Notes under the pieces: generated by a model
What the model saw: only the letters and a program-made list of their open reading frames with translations
Told to the model about the DNA's origin: nothing
The model's database searches: none
Assembly: GCF_963921235.1 (NCBI RefSeq)
Contig: NC_086098.1
Location: 238,018,001-238,082,000, forward strand
Direction: 5' to 3'
Length of the DNA stretch: 64,000 nt
From: Mobula hypostoma
Lineage: Eukaryota
Translations under genes and position numbers: made by a program
Part shown: positions 52,101-63,000 of the stretch, in pieces
Layout: each line of letters opens with the position of its first letter
Position numbering within the stretch: the stretch's first letter is position 1

Positions 52101-53909
52101 TGTTCGCTTCACCACCTCGTCTCCAAGTCGCCTTTGGTACTGCCGTTCATTATATCTGTTCCCGACCTTCCTAAATACTTCGCCTCGAATTTCTCAGATT
52201 TAAACTTCATCTGCCATTGTTCTGACCACCTTTAAGGGAGGCACGGTAGCGTAGCGGTTATGGCAACTCGTTAGTGAGCCAACTGTAAGACTGTGGTTCA
52301 ATCCCCGTCGCTACCTGTAAGGGTTAGTACGACAATGCGTGGATTTCCTCCGAGTGCTCTGATTTCCTCCCACATTCTAAAGACGTGAAAATTAACTGGT
52401 ACTGTAATTGAAGGAGACTGATGCCATGCTGTATCTCTAAATCAGACTCAATTAACCTCATCAGTATCGCTCTGTAGCTCAAACCTAATCTCCGCACTTC
52501 CAACAGCATCGCAAATCCCCGTCTCATTTCTGAACCTACTTATTGTACTTTCTACGTACCATCTGGGCCCCAGCAAACGCCGCCATGTACAGTCCTATGC
52601 CCGGCAACGAAAGGAGTAGGGCTGGACATGGGATTCGCAACCCCATCCCGTAAAACTCCAGTGCTACAGTAACGCAAACAGAAGCTCCCCGGGAGAGGAA
52701 GGTTTTTCGAAAGTGGGCTTCACACGGGGACAATATGAAAGTGGCCCAGGATAGAAGACTCTGCGAGCTGCTTTCAGCACCTATGCCCAACAGGGGTGAT
52801 GGACTTTGAAAAGGAAATGTATGAAGTTGTTATGACGAGTTACCTGTGACCACCAGTTTGGATCCATTGCCGAACTCGCCATAGAGCTGGGCTGCGCAGA
52901 AGTAGATCCCAGAATCATTTCGCTGGACGTTTTCTATCACCAGGGAGTAAGTGGCTGATTTTTCGTCCACATGCCCCGAGAACCTTCCCTCTGCTTGCAC
53001 GAATCTGCCCACCCTGGCAACGAACTGCAGATGCCTTTGGTCGCTCCGTTTATACCAGTGTATAAAAGCAAGCACACCGAGGTCCCGGCTGCAGTTCAGG
53101 ACGGCCCGACCTCCGACACGGACGGTCTGAATCGGCGGAGACTGGAACAAGGCGGCCTGAGACACACAAACTGAAAAAAAGGAAGATTTAATCACAGATG
53201 TTATCCTCTCGCGGATGATACAGCGACTACAACACCGCGCCATCTTATTACGAATTGAGACTTTGGAACACAGAAAGAGCAGTATGCTCAGTCTGTACAG
53301 TTAGTTGTACTACCCGCTGCTCGAGTCCCATAATTCCTTTCTTAAAACTCCTTTGGAAATCATTCCAGTTATTTCATTCCCTGGTGGGGTAGGAATAAAT
53401 TTACCGCACCATCTCTCCCGAGTAATCTACCTTCCTAATTCTACCTTCTGCTTTCTCTGATTATCGGCTGTCGGTAGTTAAATTTAAATATCAGCATAGA
53501 ATATAGAACAGTACAGCACAGTAACGGGCCCTTTTGTGTCGAACCAACTAAATTAATAATCAAATGACCATCTAATCTTTTCTGCCGACACAACGGCTAT
53601 TTTGCTCGCATGAATGCGCCTGTCTAAACGTATTTTAAAAGTTCCTAATGTGTCTGGCTCTGCCACCACCCCAGCACTTTCCAGGCACCACCATTATCTA
53701 CCCCGCACATCTACTTCAAATCTACCCCCTTTCAACTTAACTGCATGCCCTCCGGTATTACAATCCCCTTATTTATTCTACCAAATCCCTTCAGTTAATT
53801 AACGATCAACATTCCCTTTGAACGAGCTGCACAAGCTCTTCTCTGCTGGAAACTCTGGTCACTTACCTTGCAGTAGGTAAGAGAGCGCGAAGACCGCGAA
53901 GCGTCTCAT
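40066..53909 (-). CDS. Gene B: non-rearranging VJ-C1-TM receptor with cytoplasmic tyrosine motifs; complement join(53909-53867,53170-52844,48015-47725,44683-44564,44462-44404,40131-40066), 301 aa
   Basis: Six exons with GT-AG boundaries and the same phases as gene A (1,1,1,1,0), 906 nt total, open to TGA; AATAAA on the minus strand at 39696-39691. Confidence 0.87.
40611..40836. repeat. Minisatellite, ~30-bp unit, ~7-8 copies
   Basis: gtgacccctccagcccgtatacccctctgt and variants. Confidence 0.9.
41280..44030 (+). mobile_element. Decayed CR1 pieces, with a younger CR1 3' end inserted at ~41890-42062
   Basis: GNFNFPNIKW-type EN motif, NYRPASLTS, KFADDTK. Confidence 0.75.
44070..44390 (-). mobile_element. 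Tc1-like remnant
   Basis: Same family as 17455-17600. Confidence 0.6.
44404..44462 (-). CDS. Gene B exon 5, cytoplasmic VKGETASKSTITRRKNRERD
   Basis: ctctttcaatcag| acceptor, |gtaagt donor, 59 nt, phase 1-0. Confidence 0.8.
44564..44683 (-). CDS. Gene B exon 4, transmembrane DSLQGQLCHMIAIGLAATLVFLAIGVTTVAIRKFRKEREP
   Basis: tatgttcttcag| acceptor, CAG|gtaacg donor, 120 nt; shares LVFLAI and KER with the gene A TM exon. Confidence 0.88.
44905..44953. repeat. (TCTG)n/(TGAC) microsatellite
   Basis: Direct inspection. Confidence 0.9.
45560..45990 (-). mobile_element. CR1 ORF1 N-terminal (zinc-finger/coiled-coil) remnant
   Basis: Decayed ETCTLHREDIQELDRNRV, resembling the CR1 ORF1 zinc-finger/coiled-coil segment. 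Confidence 0.45.
46816..47100 (+). mobile_element. tRNA-derived V-SINE (HE1-like)
   Basis: A/B-box-like head, then gtgggtttcctccgggttctccggttttcccccacattccaaggacgt core. Confidence 0.8.
47725..48015 (-). CDS. Gene B exon 3, C1-set domain
   Basis: QPPTIYLLAP...VTLMCLVRG...RWNISG...DGGYSVSSRFQIPAESW...CTC; 291 nt, phase 1-1. Confidence 0.92.
48312..48560 (+). mobile_element. tRNA-derived V-SINE (HE1-like)
   Basis: ggagttcaatccc B-box; gcgtgggtttcctc...cagtccaaagacgt core. Confidence 0.8.
48560..49800 (-). mobile_element. Old CR1 fragments
   Basis: Decayed NYRPMSLT and FDKVP-type motifs on the minus strand. Confidence 0.55.
49960..51345 (+). mobile_element. CR1 LINE RT 3' half
   Basis: ORF 50267-51052: GVPQGSALGPLLF, FIDDTK, RPHLEYCGQFWSP; CR1 3' end. 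Confidence 0.93.
52236..52440 (+). mobile_element. tRNA-derived V-SINE (HE1-like)
   Basis: ggcacggtagcgtagcggtta A-box, ggttcaatccc B-box. Confidence 0.8.
52844..53170 (-). CDS. Gene B exon 2, TCR-like V domain with canonical J motif in the same exon
   Basis: AVLNC...IHWYKR...GRFSG...YSLVIENVQRNDSGIYFC AAQLYGE FGNGSKLVVT; acceptor tttttttcag|, donor G|gtaact. Confidence 0.94.
53867..53909 (-). CDS. Gene B exon 1, signal peptide MRRFAVFALSYLLQ
   Basis: ATG at 53909, phase-1 donor AAG|gtaagt; continues as VCVSQA in exon 2. Confidence 0.88.
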
Positions 53910-54130
53910 TGTTCGTGACCGAGTTAAACTCCGGGTGTTAATCGCAGACGCGTGTTCATCGGTTTGTAAGATCGGTGCAAGGGAGGGGTGAGATCCTTTG
54001 TAATTGATGAAAATCAAACGTAATGCTAATTAGTAAATGTTCGGTTGTATTGGAAAAAGGTAGAGGCGTTCTGCGGGTTTCCTGTTTACGCGGGCCAGGT
54101 ACACGCAGATGGAACGCGGTTTGCAAACAC
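53910..54130 (-). promoter_or_regulatory. Putative gene B promoter
   Basis: CpG-rich segment directly upstream of the leader ATG; ACAGGAAA (ETS/NFAT-like) at 54085-54078. Confidence 0.35.
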
Positions 54131-54499
54131 ATTGAAAAATATATACGTCTACTCGCGTCGGTCTGACCACACTCAATGCACTCTACATCGTGCTAACCCT
54201 GTGGTGTGAGACTATGGACAGGACTCTAGTTAGCGTTATCATGAAGGCCTAATTAGTACAGGAAATCTTACGCCAGAGAAGTGTATACAGTGGGGTGGGC
54301 GGATACCTTGTCGGGGTTAATTTTAACTCAAAAAAGTGTTTGCTGAAGTGGTTTTGGCGATGTTTCCAGGCGGCGATGGTTGTGTTGGAGGCGGCCAATG
54401 ACGTTTCTAACATGTTTCGGGCCTTTTATGTGCCCGAGTTGTTTAATACACAACGGAGTGTGTTTTTCTGATTGAGATTGCAAAGTTGCAAAGGTACCG

Positions 54500-54710
54500 A
54501 GCAATATTTACACAGAAAGCTCCCACAAACCGGCCATGTAATGGTGTCTGGTCTGGATTGATAGATATTGGCTCCAAGGACGGAAAGGGGTCACTTTCTC
54601 TTGTTTCAGTAGAGTGGCCATGAATAGGCGGACTTCAGTTTAACTTCTCGCCTGAAGATCGCACAGTGGGCAGCGCGGCTCGTTGAAGTCTTTGCACAGA
54701 AGTTGAAGTT
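54500..54710 (+). mobile_element. Old Deu-domain/SacSINE-like element
   Basis: Decayed similarity to a recalled shark SINE consensus (gatattggc...gtttaacttctcgcctgaagatcgcac). Confidence 0.35.
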
Positions 54711-54961
54711 AAACAGAAGGCTAAGGAGGAGAGGGATAAAGTTAAATGTTGAGCAGGGTGGGGGGAGGAGGCTGGCATGGAGTACATTGCCAGTAACCAG
54801 TGGGAGTTGTACTGATGTGATGAAACGATCTTTCTGGAATGGACGGGAAAGAAAGATTTTTTTTCATTGTTGCTCAGTACAATAATAAACCAATTATACT
54901 GAGTGTTTGATTGCACTAAGTGGTTCTATTATCTTGATCGAAAATCAGATCACATGTATAA

Positions 54962-54999
54962 AAACACACACGCACACAGAGAGAGAGAGAGAGAGAGAG
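54962..54999. repeat. (AC)n(AG)n microsatellite
   Basis: Direct inspection. Confidence 0.9.
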
Positions 55000-55439
55000 G
55001 CCTGTAACCCTCTCCTATCCTTCTACTTTTCTAGATGGCTTTTAAACTTTGTTAATGTACTCGCCTCGACACAGTTTCTGGCAGCTCCTTTCAAATACGC
55101 AGCACCCTTTGCGTGAAAAAGCAGCCCCTGATTCTCGTTTTAAATCTCTCGCATCTGATCTTAAACCTATGTCCTCTTCTTAGCGCCCGTTAGCTGGAAA
55201 AAAGACAGTGTGTTTTCGCCTTGCCTTCGCCACTCATGATCTTATATGCCTGTCAGGTCACTTTTCAATTTCTAACATTCCAGAGAACAGTCCAACCCTA
55301 CTCAAACTTCCCTTGTAACTCGTGTCCTCAAGTCAATACAACATCCTTTTAAGCTCTTTCTAGTTCATACCGATTGAATTGGACCCAGATCGTGTATTTC
55401 GCCATGACGTTAGATTCTATAGGGATCAAATGACAGGAA

Positions 55440-55930
55440 AATTCAACCTCTCCCTGCATTGGTTTAGTTCCTTCCTCCTTTAAGCAGACCACTATCATTC
55501 CAGCACTTAAGGGAAACAAAATGACGTGCCTTAAAGACCACCGCACTGTGGCTTTGACATCCGGCATCATGAGAAGTTCCGCCAGCCTCTTCATGGCCCG
55601 TATCCACCCCAGCTTTCTGGACAACCTCCACCGGCTGCAATTCACCTACCGCCGAAACAGGTCTATGGCGGACGCCATAACCAGAGCCAGGAGAACCTGC
55701 AGAGAATTGTGAACAGAGCTCAGCATACCACGGAAACCACCCTCAGTAAACATAATGAAAGACCGCACCCACCCCGCACATTCTCAGTTCTTCGCTCTCC
55801 CAACAGGCAGAAGATACAAAAGCCATGAAAGCACGTACCACTAGGCACAAGGGCAGCTCCCATCTACTCTTATGAGACCCCTGTACAGACCTCTTGTGCG
55901 GATGGAATTCTGGCTACCTGGATATTATTT
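55440..55930 (+). mobile_element. Rex-Babar/L2-like LINE, internally deleted
   Basis: KMTCLKDHRTVALTSGIM; LQFTYRRNRSMADAI. Confidence 0.7.
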
Positions 55931-56559
55931 GCACTTCATTGTTTACCCGCACTGCGCTTTCTCTGTAGCTGCTACACTTTATTCTGCATTGTAATTGTAC
56001 CTCGTATTACCTTAGTGCATTGTGTAGTGATTTGATCTGTCTAAAGAGTACACAGGTCAAGCTTTCAACGATATCTTGATACATGTCACAATAATAAACT
56101 AATACTGTTGCCAATATTTTAACAACACCTTTATTTCGTGTAATAACATCATGTTCACGTGGGGAACTGGGGGCTGTATATTTCGGGGACGATCTGTCTT
56201 CATTGGTAGCACAGATAGAGGGTATCGGCACGAAATGTGCACTGTCCACTTTCCTCCACAGATACTGCCTGGCCCGCTGAGTTCCTCCAGTTCCTTTGTG
56301 AGTTGCTTCGGATCTCTCTCCAATCGCTAGCTGGGCGATTGTGGTAGGTCGTTGTCCCTTTGCAGGAGGCCATCCACCGGAGTATGAGGGACCAGATGAA
56401 AGAAGACCCTGCCCCTTTAATGGGAAAGGGAGGTTTCCCGGAGTGGCAACACGGTACTGTTGAATCGGGTTGGAATTCAGACAGAGTGGACAGACCCTTT
56501 AAAATTCTGGCGACCGGATTTCTAAAGAAGTGCTCGTTGTCCCCTGGAACCGCAGCAGT

Positions 56560-56730
56560 CAATCCTGTCGTTTGCAGCGCCTGCGATGGAGGTGGGACGC
56601 TGCCCCTTTAAGCGGCTGCTTTCTTTTCCGGCAGCTCCTAGGAAAACAAGGGGCCCCGTCTTTACATTTCCTCCAATCAGCCCTCTTCCAGAAGGCGGCG
56701 ACTGATTCCCAGTGACACAGACGCGGTGAG
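56560..56730 (+). promoter_or_regulatory. Candidate PAQR6 promoter and non-coding first exon
   Basis: CpG-rich, CCAAT at 56673-56677, donor-like GCG|gtgagc at 56726. The first coding exon has an acceptor, so an upstream exon is required. Confidence 0.35.
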
Positions 56731-57299
56731 CGGACAGTTGGCCACTTTGATCAGTAAAGCCGTTCCCAACAGGCACCATGAAACGCCACGATCCCCGCGG
56801 GACGAGTAGTCCCGAATAGGAGGAGGTGACTCCCCGTTCTGCATACTGGTGAGACCCCGCTGAGCCCTTTTCAGACCGTTTCCCTGAAGTGTACGACTCA
56901 ACAGAAACGTCTAACCGCTGTAACTGTTTGCGCGAGAAAGAAGCTAACTGCGCGGGTGCAATGTGTTCTCTTTCCCTGCGAAAAATTTACTTAAAATATC
57001 CAGTAAGGATTTCGCCGTTGGTAACTTGCTGCTTTCAGACTTTACCCTAAGTGAAACACGAGATAAAGTTCTTGTAGTGACAGGCGTCAGGAGATATGAG
57101 GGCAGGGGATGGTTGAAGTTTGTCAGGAGGGGCGTGGCGGGAGGAGATGGGGAGATCCGGTGGTTTCGGAGGTGGGAACACGCGGTTGTCCTGATGGCAG
57201 CGGGATGGGAGTGATTGGAGCAGGCTATCGGAGGGGTGGTCCAGATGACCAGATGAAGCCAAGAGAGTGCCACGTGATTAGATCTGTTCCTGAGAGCTA

Positions 57300-57590
57300 C
57301 CAGGCCCGGCCGTCGCCCCGAAGATGGGAGTTCGAATCCCCTCTGGCCAGCTGTGGATTTAAAGCTTACTGAAATAAACAAGTCTGAACACGTTTAAAAC
57401 TAGTATCCATGGTTGCCTCGCGTAGATCATACCTAGTTTACTGATGAATCAGGAGTAAATCTGACATCCTTGCTTCATCTAGACTGTCACCAAGGACCCA
57501 GAAGAGATATCGCTGGTGTTCAAATGCCCCCATGAAATTAACTCAGTTCCAGTAAATCAGGGACAATGGGCTGGTGCATTCCGGGTTGCA
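57300..57590 (+). mobile_element. tRNA-derived SINE remnant
   Basis: B-box gggagttcgaatcccc followed by a shark SINE-like body; no complete tRNA cloverleaf. Confidence 0.5.
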
Positions 57591-57959
57591 CGGGTACGTG
57601 CTAAGTGACGCACTGAAGTTGGAGCAGTTACTACAAGAGCTCGGAAAGGGAGGAGCGCACTGTAGGGTTCTACCGCCACTGGAGAGAGGGCCCGGACTGG
57701 ATGCGTAAGCACCTCACCTTTTCAGTAGTATACCACCCCCAGGGGGCCACATAAATGCCCACAGTCCAATTGGTATTAAAGGAATGAAATAGAACAGTAC
57801 TTAAAACATTGATTAGGAACGTAAGAATGAAAAGGTATTGGCCGGATTATTCTTGTATTTTTTTCTTTACGGGTAAAGTTTATTTTGATAAAAATATTGT
57901 TCGCCTAATTTACCAGCAGCCTCTGGTGAGTTGTAGGCATATAGTAAATTGTATTGAAA

Positions 57960-59720
57960 TATCCAGATCTAACACACGGAGTCACTGGGGCACAATGCAC
58001 GGAGGATAAGAAATAAGGTGGATGATCTTGTTGCACGATCACAGATTGTCAGGTATGATGTTGAGGTTATCACTGAAATCGTGGCTGATAGATTGTTGTA
58101 GTTGGGAGCTGAATGTTCAAGGTTACATGTGTAACGTGGGGATAGGAAAGTAGGCAGAGGAGGTGTTGTGGTTCCACTTGTAAAGAATGGCACCAAATCA
58201 GTAGAACGATGTGGAATAGGATCGGAAGATGTTGAATCCTTGTGGGATGTGTTAAATAACTGTAAGGGCAAAAGGACCCTAATGGCAGTTATATACAAGG
58301 CCTCCCAACATTAGCTGGGATGCGGACCACAGATTACAAGGAGAAATCGAAAAGGTGTGTCAAAAGTAATAACCGTGAGAGATTTCATATGCACGTCGAT
58401 TGGGAAAATCAAGTTGGTAATGGTTCTCAAGAGAGAGAGTTTGTTGCATGCATAGGAGATGGCGTTTTAGAGCATTTGCTGTTGAGCCTTCGAAGAGATT
58501 AGCTTTCCTAGATTGGGTGTTATGTAATGAACTGGAGGTGAAAAGGGAGCTTAAGGTAAAGGAATCCTTAGAAGACAGATATGACACTATGATTGAATTC
58601 AACTTAAAATTTGATAGGTAGAAAGTAAGGTCTGACGTAACACTATTTCAGTGGAGTAAAGGAAATGTCAATGGTATGAGAGAGGAGTTGACCGAAGGAA
58701 GTTGGAAGGAGATGCTGGCAGGGATGCCAGCAGGGCAGCAATGGCTGAGATTCTGGGGAAAATGAGGAAGTTGTAGGATAGATGTATGCCAACAACAAGG
58801 AAATAGTCAAATGGAAAAATAGTACAACCGTGGATGACAGGGAAAGTCAAAACTATTGTAAAAGTAAAAGAGAGGGCATATAACAAAGCAAATATTAGTG
58901 GGAAGACAGAGGATTGTGAAGCTTTTAAAAACCCACAGAGGGCAACTAAAAGAATCATGAGGTGGGAAAAAATAAAATACGTAAGCAAGCCAGCAAACAA
59001 TATCAAAGTGGATAGTAAAAGCCTTTTTCAAGTATTTAAAAAAAGAAAGAGATGAGAGTGGATATAGGACCCATGGGAAAATGAGGCTAGAGAAAGAATA
59101 GTAGATGAACTAAATGAGTATTTTGCATCAGTCTTCACTGTGGAAGACACTAGCAGTGTGCTAGCTGTTGAAGGGTGTAGGGACGAGAAGTGAGTGCAAT
59201 TACTATTACAAAGGAGAAGGTGCTCAAAAAGCTGAAAGACCTAAGAGTATATAAGTACCCAGGGACAGATGAACTGCACCCTAGGGTTCTGAAAGAGGTA
59301 GCGGTAGACATTATGGAGGCATTAGAAATGATCTTTCAAAAATCATTGAACTCTGGCATGCTGCCAGAGAACTGGAACATTGCAAACGTCACTGCGGTCT
59401 TTAAGGAAAGAGGAAAGCAGCAGAAAGGAAATTATAGGCGAGTTAGCCTGACCTCAGTAGTTGAGAAGATGTTGGAGTCAAATGTTAAGGATGAGGTTAT
59501 GGAGTCCTTGGAGATGCGGGACAAGATAGAACAAAGTCGGCATGATTTCCTTAAGGAAAAATCTTGCCTGACGAACCTGTTTGAATTCTTTAAGGAGATT
59601 ACAAGTAGGATAAATAAATGGGCTGCAGTGGATCTTGTATATTTAGACTTTCAGAAGGCCTATGACAAGGTCCAGTGCATGAGGCTGCTTGCCAAGTTAA
59701 GAGCCCATGGTATTACTGGA
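57960..59720 (+). mobile_element. CR1 LINE EN-RT, decayed
   Basis: ORF 59190-59756: PGTDELHPRVLKE, NYRRVSLTS, YLDFQKAYDKV. Confidence 0.88.
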
Positions 59721-59982
59721 AGCCCTCTCTCTCTCTCAAGATCCAACGTTGCGTGAAGCCATATCCCAATCCTGCTCCATGATCGTTGTTGGAGATACTG
59801 TGTGTATGAGTGTGCTTGATTTACTGTTTGGGACTTCACGCTCTCGTCCTTTGTTCTAACCTATCTCTGCTGTGAATTCCGCAGGGCAGCAATGGAGCTG
59901 AGGAAGAGAAGGTGAGGTGAGGCACCCGACAACTTCGGTGATCCTCTGGTACAGGTTTTGTGTATGGACACAGGACTCCAAG

Positions 59983-60033
59983 ATGTTAACTGTTAAGTTG
60001 CCCCACTTATTAAGCAATCACCAAGTACCCAAA
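59983..60033 (+). CDS. PAQR6: PAQR6 first coding exon (acceptor at 59955)
   Basis: ATG at 59983, 17 codons, AAA|gtaagt. Confidence 0.85.
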
Positions 60034-63000
60034 GTAAGTCCAAGGTAACGGGTATCTGCTCTAAAAAAATCTCTAATACAGAGAGTTAACCCACACATTG
60101 ATTTCAATGCGTCAATCAAAGTAGATCAAGGCAAGGATCACGCATAAAAAATGCTGGCGAACGCAGCAGGCCAGGCAGCATCTATAGGAAGAGGTACAGT
60201 CGACGTTTCGAGCCGAGACCCTTCGTCAGGCAAGGATTAGAATTTGTGAGGCCTAGAAGGCTAAAGATCAAGTACTGGTAAGGGGACGAGTGTAGATGGA
60301 TATGGTATGGTCGGCATATACATTATGGGCCGAAGGGCCCGTTTCTGTGTTCTGTAACTCCAAAACAATATTCTGTATTCAATTTACTTGTTCTGTTAAA
60401 CCTGTCCACATATCTTTGGATACATTTTTAGTTCAATTGTTAAATTGCTATATTAATGTTCCCCATTCATTTTTTGCCAATTCACAGTTTAGATTCTGGC
60501 ACTCACCACCTGGAGTCTCCTCACAGCAGACAGCAGGTTTCCAAAGTCAGTCTGTTAGGTCTGTCAGCGAGTCACTAGGTAACCTTCCCCCGCCCCCCCC
60601 CCGTCTCTCTCTCTCCGCCCCCCCCCCAACTTCCCGCTCTCGCTCATACACACATATGTACACATATTTGCTCACAACCACACACATTCACCAGACATTA
60701 ATACGTAACACTTCAGTTGTGAATAACAAAAACAAACACAAGACACAGAAAGAGATATCACAAATATTTCTTATCCTGAGCATATTCCAGTGGTCTGTGT
60801 CTGCCACGTTCTGCTAACCAGCCTTCAGTCCGAAGGGCGTTAGTTTGTTCAACTTTGAGATTTTAAGTCTCAGTCTTGAACTACTGGCGTTAAGCTATAC
60901 TGGGGGAAGGGAACGTTGTGGGAGAGGAGATACTGAGGGAGTGTCACACCGTGGTTGCGGAGAGGAAGGAGTGCTGCACTTTGGGACTTGCGAAGTTTGA
61001 CTTTATTTTAGAACCATTCTCCCATCAACCTGTTGGAGGGGTTAGAGTGAGCAATGGTGGTAAATCAAAAGTTTGGGCCCAATATTTATCCTCTAGTCAT
61101 CACTAGAGCACTTACGAAGAGTCGCGTTGCTATCTGTGGGATCGTGCTGTGCATAAATTAGCCAATCCCGTGTCTAGCGCTTCCTGGGCTGTGGGGAGCT
61201 TCGGGGATTTCCAGTGCGTGGGGTTCTGGGGAAATTTTGGACTGCCATAACTTTGTCTTTTCTGTGCTGCCACCCCACGCACCTCCCCAGGTTTTCCGAG
61301 AGGATGGAATTGTGAGCGGCTACCGTAACCCACAGAGCTCTGCCAAGGACTGCCTCCTTAGCACCTTCCAAATGACGAACGAGACGCTCAACATCTGGAC
61401 CCATTTCCTCCCCACCTGGTACGTGTCAGAGCCAATCATGGCAGTCGGGGGAGATACCGCAGGCAGCAACAGCTCAGAGGCTCAGGGGCCCCTCTGCTCC
61501 GTGCTCGCATTCTCTTCTCCTCTCCCTGCCTCATCCTACCGGCGATAAGTAGATTCGCAAGTTTTGAGGAGAGCCCAACCTGCCTGCAAAGGGGCGGTGG
61601 GATTGATGAATAGCTGAGGTTCCTTTACAAAGTGGGAAAGTGTTAGGAGTGAAAGGCCATTTGTTATTAAACTAGAAAAAGTTAGAACTTTACTCCCTGC
61701 AGTGCAGGAGAATGGGGGGAGATTTGATAGAGTCATTGAAAATGACGAGGGATATAGATACGGCCAATGCAAGTAAGCTTTTACCCCTGAAGTTGGGTGA
61801 GACTAGAACTGGAGGCCATGGGTTAAGGGTGAAAGATGAAATACCTAAGGGGAACCTGAGGGGGAGCTTCTCCACTCAGCGAGTGGCGTGAGTGTGGAAT
61901 GAGATGCCAGCGGAAGTGGTGAGCTTGAGTCTGATTTTAAGACTTGAGAGAGGTTTGCATAACTACATACATGGATAGGAGGGGTGTGGAGGGTTGTTAC
62001 CTCGATGCAGTTCGATGAACAGAATGATAATTCGCAAACACCAGAAAGTCTACAGATGCTGGAAATCCAAAACAACGCACACAAAATGCTGGGAGAGTTC
62101 AGCAGCTCAGCCAGCATCTATGGAAATGTCCTGGACTGAAGGAGAGTCTCGGCCCGAATCGTCGACTCCTTACTCTTTCCATGGATACTGCCTAACTTGC
62201 TGAGTACATCCAACATGTTGTGTGTGTTTCAGTGCTGTTGTGCTTTATGGCCGTATGGACTGAGAACATGAACAAAATATGCAGGTACAGGTACAGCAGT
62301 GATTTTAACAGAATGACTTCCTTTACGGGAAGGGCTATGTGTATAAAAGGATGAAAGTTCTAATGATGCAGTGGAGGCTACCTCAGAAATATATTAAAGC
62401 TAACTTTGGATAGAGTTTTGTACAGTAAAGGGAATTAAAGTTCTGGGGAAAAGGCAGGTAGATGGAGATAAGACCATGGTCGGATCAGCCATGATTTTAT
62501 TGAATGGCGGAGCAGGCCCGACGAGCCAGGTGGCCTACTCCGGCTCCTAGTTCTTATGTTATGTTTCACACACACACACACACTATGCTGGAGGAACTCA
62601 GCAGGTCAGGTGGGAAATTAACTGTCAACGATTCATACATTGAGAGGTAAAGAAGAGCAGGAGGCTAGAAATGGAGGGCGAGCAGAGAATGAAGAGGCCG
62701 GCAGAGCTCACAGAGATATTGGAGAGTGTGTAGGATGAGGAGGGTACACAGATCTGAGGAGGTTACACTGACGTCAGTGGATTATCCTCAGGTCAAAGGG
62801 AGTTACACTGATATCAGAAGGGTTTACAGAGGTCGGAGGAGATTCCAGGGTCGGGAGGAATTAGAGGATAGAAGAGGTTTTACTGAGGTCGGAGGAGGTT
62901 ACAGAGGTCAAAGGGGGTTACAGGGCTCAGGGAGAGGTTTACAACAGTAGGATGAGATTATACTGAGGTTAGAGAGGTTATACTGGGGTCTAGGTGTGTT

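Noticed and set aside
40066-53909. Gene B as a germline-joined Ig light chain or a TCR chain
   Set aside because: C exon has a donor and splices to TM and cytoplasmic exons (unlike IgL). The TM lacks the Lys/Arg needed for CD3 assembly, the tail is long with tyrosine motifs, and there are no RSS or V/J arrays.
57320-57350. tRNA gene
   Set aside because: Only a B-box inside a SINE body; no cloverleaf
59892-59954. Upstream in-frame ATG extending PAQR6 (MELRKRRFCVWTQDSK)
   Set aside because: Needs a 43-nt intron, implausibly short; unspliced reading hits TGA
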